DNA of 53,401 nt, the filler included, from Sphacelaria rigidula (Eukaryota): assembly GCA_964200075.2 (NCBI GenBank). It is 4 parts of 4 records of this genome, joined end to end, with 100 filler letters (N's around TTAATTAATTAA, not from the genome) between each part and the next. Parts side by side here need not be neighbours in the genome. Positions count along the whole stretch, not along the records: positions 40,127 to 53,401 come from CAXNAA020003007.1; 3 more parts are not named here. One strand, 5' to 3'. Each line of letters opens with the position of its first letter. The first letter of the stretch is position 1. This document shows positions 47,440 through 53,401 of this stretch, piece by piece. The translations under genes and the position numbers were made by a program. The notes under the pieces are model-generated. The model saw only the letters and a list, made by a program, of their open reading frames with translations, searched no databases and was not told the DNA's origin.

Positions 47440-50150
47440 AAGCTTAACGCAAGGCACCACTTCTTCACGTGCGTGGCCGACGAGAAATGCCGGAACGGCG
47501 CCGGGGTGGTCGAAATCGTTCATTAGCAGACCTCCACCGCCACCACGCATTCGGCAAGCAGCACGACATCATAACTTCGCGGGCACAGTTGGCTGAGGAA
47601 AAGTGAGTGTGACCCAAGATAACATGATCATTGGTGCTTCGCTTTGCGAATAAGGGGGGGGGCATTTCTACTATGGTACTCCTGTAGACCAGCATTTTCG
47701 CTCACCTTGTCGCCTCTGGGCTGCATTTTGATAGCTGCAGGGTGTGCTCTGTTGGCCGCTCGAAATGTACTCCTAGTCGGAAATGATACATATTGTTGAC
47801 ACCTTCGCCTTTTCAATCGTGTTCTGTTCGTTTGTCGGATTGCCTGCTTTGTTTGTTGGTCGATTGGGCATCACCATGAATACACATGCGCCTTTTTCTG
47901 GAAACACCCACGCTACGCTTTTATATCTTCCTGTATGTTGTGCCGTTGAACGGTTGATTCACGAATTGGTGATTATGTCTTAAATCGAGTATGATTGTTC
48001 TGGAGATACGTGCACGTACTTGCACCGACAAGATTCGTATCTTTGGGGTAGGAGCCGGTAAAGGATTATTAGAGCATGACCAGGATGGTCAGGTGTAATG
48101 TTTCGGGTTGACGGCTGTGCCCCCGCCGTCCAGTCATAATCTTCTCGTATTGTCAAGTCTTTCTGGACTTCCAGTCTCTCCTCCGGTTGCCCAAGATGGA
48201 GTCAGCTCGAGTCTAAAGTCTGATGAGTATGATACTATAGTATCGGTGTTTGATACCGTAGTCCTATTCGAGCGATGTGCATTTGATACATAACGCCTTT
48301 AAGAATGTACTTTCTGCGTGCTTTGCTGCAGGTTGCAGTCGGTTCTGTGAACGTTTCTTTGACCTTGACTCGCGCGGTGGATTCCGTGCGAGAAACTACT
48401 GAACTGACTAGGTGTGTCAGTTTAGCCTGTAGTCATCCAGTTGATTCTGTGTGAGTGACTACCTTGTGGTGTCAGGGTGGCTACGGGAAGGTTTAGATGT
48501 ATCCCGGTGGTCTGTGCTCACACGGTGTCGAGGGTGAGTTACCGGACAGTGGGTTTTATCGGCATGCCGAGGCCAGAGGCACATACAAACACGCTAGCGT
48601 CCAATCTGGAATTTAAGCCCGCGTAACCCGCGTCACTAGTTCTGTCCGGAGGGGATAGACCCGAAGATGAGTAAGCCAAGATGGTTTTGGTATCCGGGGA
48701 GCGGATAAATGCTTCCGGAGAGACAGTAAAGGTAGTGATCTTTCGCCTGAAACAGGTTGTGGGAAAATTAGATGACGATACTAGCGTGAACCTCTGTCGA
48801 TGGGAAACATTTCAGCCATGGGCTCGCTGAAGCGTTGTGACACCAAAGTCTATGCGGGTCATATGAGGATTATTCGATCGCGACTGCTGTGGTGAAAACA
48901 AATTCATGGTATACTAAGGACTGGTGCATATCACTCAACGCATTCACTTTGGAAAAAAAAGACCCCGATTAGATATGGTCGCCAGTGGCCTACTGTGGTT
49001 TGTGGGCAAGGAGTGCGCTCTGCTGATTTATTCAAGGTACGATGGACTTTTCGCAGGAGTGTTTGCGTATGATGTGAGGGCTGAGATTGTTAAGGTTACC
49101 GAGTCCAGAAAGGAAATCCAAGAGAGCACGACTTGTTCGTCCACAGATACCTCGGAAAACGCGTGAGACAGTAGGGATCCCGAGCCTGACAGTAACCAGG
49201 TGGGCGTAACTGCAGGGAGACATGAGCCCGCGGCGGTTTGAGCAGGTGCGACACCGAGCGGAAACCCGGAGAGGGTATCGGTTGAGCATGGGGAGGTGAG
49301 GGGTGGCATAATGTCGCCGGTTTCGCAGAGAGCACCGGTTGAGATGCACTCTTGCGGAGTTTCGTCTGAGTACATGCGTGGAAACGCTGAAATCGGTGAG
49401 AGATCGTGTGTTGCCGAGAGGTGACGGATCAATCAGGGCATTTCTTGATCAGTGATTGTGAATAGACTGTTGATTGTTCGAATGACGATTCGTTCATCGA
49501 AGCCATCGAAGCAGGCGAGAGTAGTGACCAGTATGCAGGACAAACTTCGTGTACAATGACATATACACAAATGGACAGGCAGGATGACTCAGAGCGAGGC
49601 TTTTGCTCGGTCACATTTGCAGGGTCGGATGAGGTCAAAGAATATATCGATTCTGGTATGCTTGGCATGTACGATGACTCACAGGGTTCGGATGGGTCAG
49701 TACACGGGGGTAAGGACACTACGAGATAGATTGAGGTTGGCACCGTATCTCACGGGATGAACAGGAGCGGAGTATGTCGACAACCTGCTCGTTCCGGAAG
49801 AGAGACTCACTCCCTGTTTGAGGGGCGACAACATTTAGATATAGATGATTTCAAAATGTGCCTCCGTTCTATAGTGTTCCAATTATGACGTGCGATTTCT
49901 TTCCCCCTAAAGTTGACGCAGTAAGATTGGCCGCATGATGAGCATTGATGCCACGCAATTGTGTACCAAGTGTTTTCATGACTGTGTCGGATGCGTGGAT
50001 TCAAATTGTTGAGATGCCAGAGAACCCGTAATATGATTGACTGTCGATTCGTCAGATAAGCTGGTATGTCTTGCAGAGTATGGAAACACGGCGTGTTTCG
50101 GTGATTTTTATCACTTGCTGTCACCATGCTGGCCAAGTTACTGAGGGCTC
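47440..50150 (-). mobile_element. Highly decayed Ty1/copia pol (integrase-RT-RNase H)
   Basis: Motifs in copia order across frameshifts: AYLTNR (~50050), LVSQRFS resembling LVAQGFS (~48835), LRY..TD..SY..SWATG (48180-48265), and RKAKH..HF..LL..AVPAFL RNase H end (47470-47650). Confidence 0.55.
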
Positions 50151-51836
50151 ATGATGAAATGCCGATGATTTAATAGTTCAGTACGTTTCAGAGAGGATTC
50201 AGGAGCGCCATATTTAACTGTTTTTCATGCGCACATGAAAACTACTGGATCACGCGGAGAAACGATTACATATTTTCCGACTTCTCTTGCGTGTTCATCA
50301 GATAGCAAATTTATGGGCCCCCTTTTCAATCCCTGGTGCATACGTTTTTTTGGAACTTCACGGTAAAACGAGCGCGGCTTTACGGCCGTACGGTTTGCCC
50401 GTGGCAGATCAACTAAAGTTTCAAGGGTGGCTGTTGTCGTTTGCGTTCAGGATTTGACGAAGAACTGAGATATGGAACGTGTCATGTTTTACTGTACTAC
50501 ATGACACACCCACAGCTCTCTCATGTGCTGCACCCGTCACTGCACTATGGTGTGTTTAAACCTTAGGAAAACTGTCTCGTCTCTGCTGGGATTGCCTGAG
50601 CTGCCGTACTGCTATTGTGTTCCGAACGACTGTAGTGGGGACACAGTGCTGTCATGTCGAAGTTCAAATGCGGTATGTGTTTGATGGATGCGGTGCCTCT
50701 CGCAACGAACAAGACCCTCGGCGCGCACACCCAGCATTCCTGTGCTGTAGCTGACACGGTAGTGTGGTGCGTTGGAACCTTGCGACAATGTTTTTATCTG
50801 CACTGTGCATTGCGTGAACTGCTGTACCATTGTTGTGCCCCGATCGGTGCACAAGTCTAGACACTGCCGGGAGTGTCATCTTCATGGTGTATTGGGTGCG
50901 TTGTGTCGTTTGTAAAAGCAGCAATGCGATTCGTGCCCACCACACACCCACACGCTTGGCGCGTCCACGACGATGATAGAGAGTTGCCTTGCATGCGACA
51001 CACACAATACCATCGTCTACCGAGAAATGCTACGGTAGGGGTGCACTTTTTTTTTTTTTTTTTGTCTGGTTCAGAGGCTCCTAACGATTCTAGACGCACA
51101 AGACCACACCCATCATTTCTATGCCGTAGTTGTCATTGTACGGACTGCAGTGCGTTTGAACCCTACGAATACGGTATGATCTACGCTGGAGGTTGCCTCA
51201 GTTGCTGCACTGCCGCTGGTCCGGTCTGTACAGAATTGGGGTGGGAACAAACTGCTGTTGACAGAGTTAGAAAAGTCACGTGACGGCTGTGCAGCAGCCG
51301 TTCTGTCTTCTTCGGGGGCTGTTTCACAGATGGACAAATCTTAGGTCCCGCCAACTGTATGTATGCACAAGTCCCCTTTTGTGCCACATGAGTGTTTGTT
51401 TTTTTCGCCCCCGTTCAAAATCGCGGCAGGCAAAAACGACCACAGATTTTTCAAAAGTAAAATTTTGAGCAGCTACCGTATGAATTGGGCTAAGCTGAAG
51501 GTTTGATGAGCACGCGTATCAGATGTTCTGGTGTTTTCCATCAAGTGCGATAGATCATGCGCTTGGAATTTCGTGTCGCTTGCGTCCGAAAATATCGCTC
51601 TTTTCCAGTTCCAAATCGGAGATATCCGATTGTTTCGGATTCTTGTAGACTGCTGTGCTGTGCTGTAGTACTGTCGGCCCATAACCGATTGTGAAATGAG
51701 ACAACTCGAACGTGGAAGGTATGATTCTATGACGACTGACATCAAGGTATCTACAGGTCACCATACTCGACGAAGAGTTTGCATATTCAAGTCGATTTTG
51801 TCCGTATGCTAGAGCGCTTTTCATGTTCCAGTTTTC

Positions 51837-52985
51837 AAAGGGCAGGTCGGCTAGGTAGGTTATGTACCTGTGGATACTCGGGTGAAATATCCGGGTATTT
51901 ACCCAACCTACGGATTGGGTAGATTGGGTACGGTATCAAATACTCTACACCCAATTTTTGGGTAAGTTGGGTACCACCCCATATACTCGATACAAAATTT
52001 GAGTAGATTGGGTATGATCTCACTACTCCACCTGGATATTAGGTAAGCACTATCAGCAAAACCTGGGTATAGAGTATCACTTGGGTATGAACTCGATACG
52101 CTACTCAGTATTTGGGTAGGTTGGGTACAATTTTTATTCTCTACCGAAATTTTGAGCAGATTGGGTACGACCTTGAATACTCTACCTAAATTTAGGAAAG
52201 CACTCTCAGCAATATCTGGGTATAGAGTATCACTTGGGTATAACCTCAGTACTGTACTCGAAATTTGGGTAAGTTGGGTACGATCTCTAGCTATAATACT
52301 CCACCCATTTTTTGGGTAGATTGGGTACGATTTTAATACTCCAACGAAACATTGGGGAAGTCATCTCAGCAATACTCAGGTACAGAGTGATCATTTTGGT
52401 ATGATGAGTAACCCTGACCGTTGATGACTTCGTGATAGCACTTCATAGACTACCTTACATGTGTGGGCAACCGATGGCCACCAATGAAGTGAGTGACGTC
52501 ACATCACAGGCTACCATGAATATGAGCGAACGGTCGCCATAAAAATATATATATAATAGCGTGCAGTTGCATGAGCCCGCGGCCGTCCTGAAGCAGTGTA
52601 CTTCAAATGCAGGTCGGGTATGGTATGTACTTTCGAATTCTCGGGTTAAAAACCCAGGCATTTACTCTACTCAGGGTTTGGGTAGATTGGGTGCGACCTC
52701 ACATACTTTACCCAAATTTTCGGTAAATGGGGTACGACCTCAAATACTCCACCCAAACATTGGGTGAGCACTCTCAGGAGTACCTGGCTGGGTACAGAGT
52801 ATCACTTGGGTATGACCTCAACACTGTACCCAAAATTTGGGTAAGTTTGGTATGATCTCTGATACTCTACCCAAATCCTGGGTTGATTGGGTTCAATTTC
52901 AATGCTGTACCCAAATGTTTGGGTACAAAAAATATGTTTTTCCAAAATACCGAGTATCGGGTATAACCTACCCGACCTGCCCTTG
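51837..52985. mobile_element. hAT-like non-autonomous element with internal ~45-bp tandem repeats
   Basis: TIR AAGGGCAGGTCGG..TAGGTTAT pairs with ATAACCTACCCGACCTGCCCTT. The flanks CAGTTTTC and CAATTTTT match 6 of 8. ttgggtagattgggtacga..atactctacccaa recurs about 15 times. Confidence 0.8.
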
Positions 52986-53401
52986 CAATTTTTATTGAAA
53001 CAAACTTGATAAAGATGTGTATGTTTTACTTGAATATGGGATTGATACCCATGTGCTATGCTTCCCTACCTCCGATTTGCCTTTACTACATTATCGAAAT
53101 ATAGGTCTTGATAGCTCGGGTGCTCTTGAGATGCAACGTGGTACGCCGAGGCGGTGATGGCGGATTGGTGGTCAGCGGCGATGGATAACGACTCCTGCCT
53201 TCAGGTCACGGACAGATGCGATCGGCTTCCATGACGCTCCCCGTTCTTAGTGTTTGAAGAAGCGGGGGAAACGTGCGTAGGTATTTCCGCGGCTTGTTTT
53301 TTCCCCGTTGCGATCTTGGCGGGGGGGGGGGGGGGGGGACTCTTTTTTTTTTTGCCTTATTCGGGTGCCAATGGCCCACCCTCCCCTTTTGTAGGGGGAG
53401 A

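Noticed and set aside
51860..52930. CRISPR-like array
   Set aside because: The units are degenerate tandem repeats without unique spacers. There are no cas genes and the context is a eukaryotic MITE.

Overview
Eukaryotic, repeat-rich DNA with no intact protein-coding gene. It is probably from a brown alga or another stramenopile; this is an inference from the TTAGGG repeats and the style of the LINE, SINE and LTR relics. The window is not one locus. It consists of four pieces of near-identical length (13,276, 13,275, 13,275 and 13,275 bp) joined by identical 100-bp N44-TTAATTAATTAA-N44 spacers, so adjacency across the spacers means nothing. Piece 1 holds the 5' half of a decayed LTR retrotransposon whose Gag-like protein has a PAM2-like motif, Q/P-rich repeats and a CCCH finger ahead of a retropepsin. 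It also holds a very decayed RLE-type non-LTR element and nested TA-flanked inverted-repeat elements. Piece 2 holds tRNA-derived SINEs, MITEs, a telomere-repeat-bearing repeat and a possible KDZ-type transposase relic. Piece 3 holds a LINE endonuclease fragment, a SINE, exons of a probably pseudogenised DEG/ENaC-like channel gene and a Ty3/gypsy integrase relic. Piece 4 holds fold-back elements, an RTE LINE, a second telomere-repeat element, a Ty1/copia relic and a hAT-like MITE. Almost all short ORFs in the track are noise or antisense shadows. All family calls come from motifs read by eye, not from database searches.
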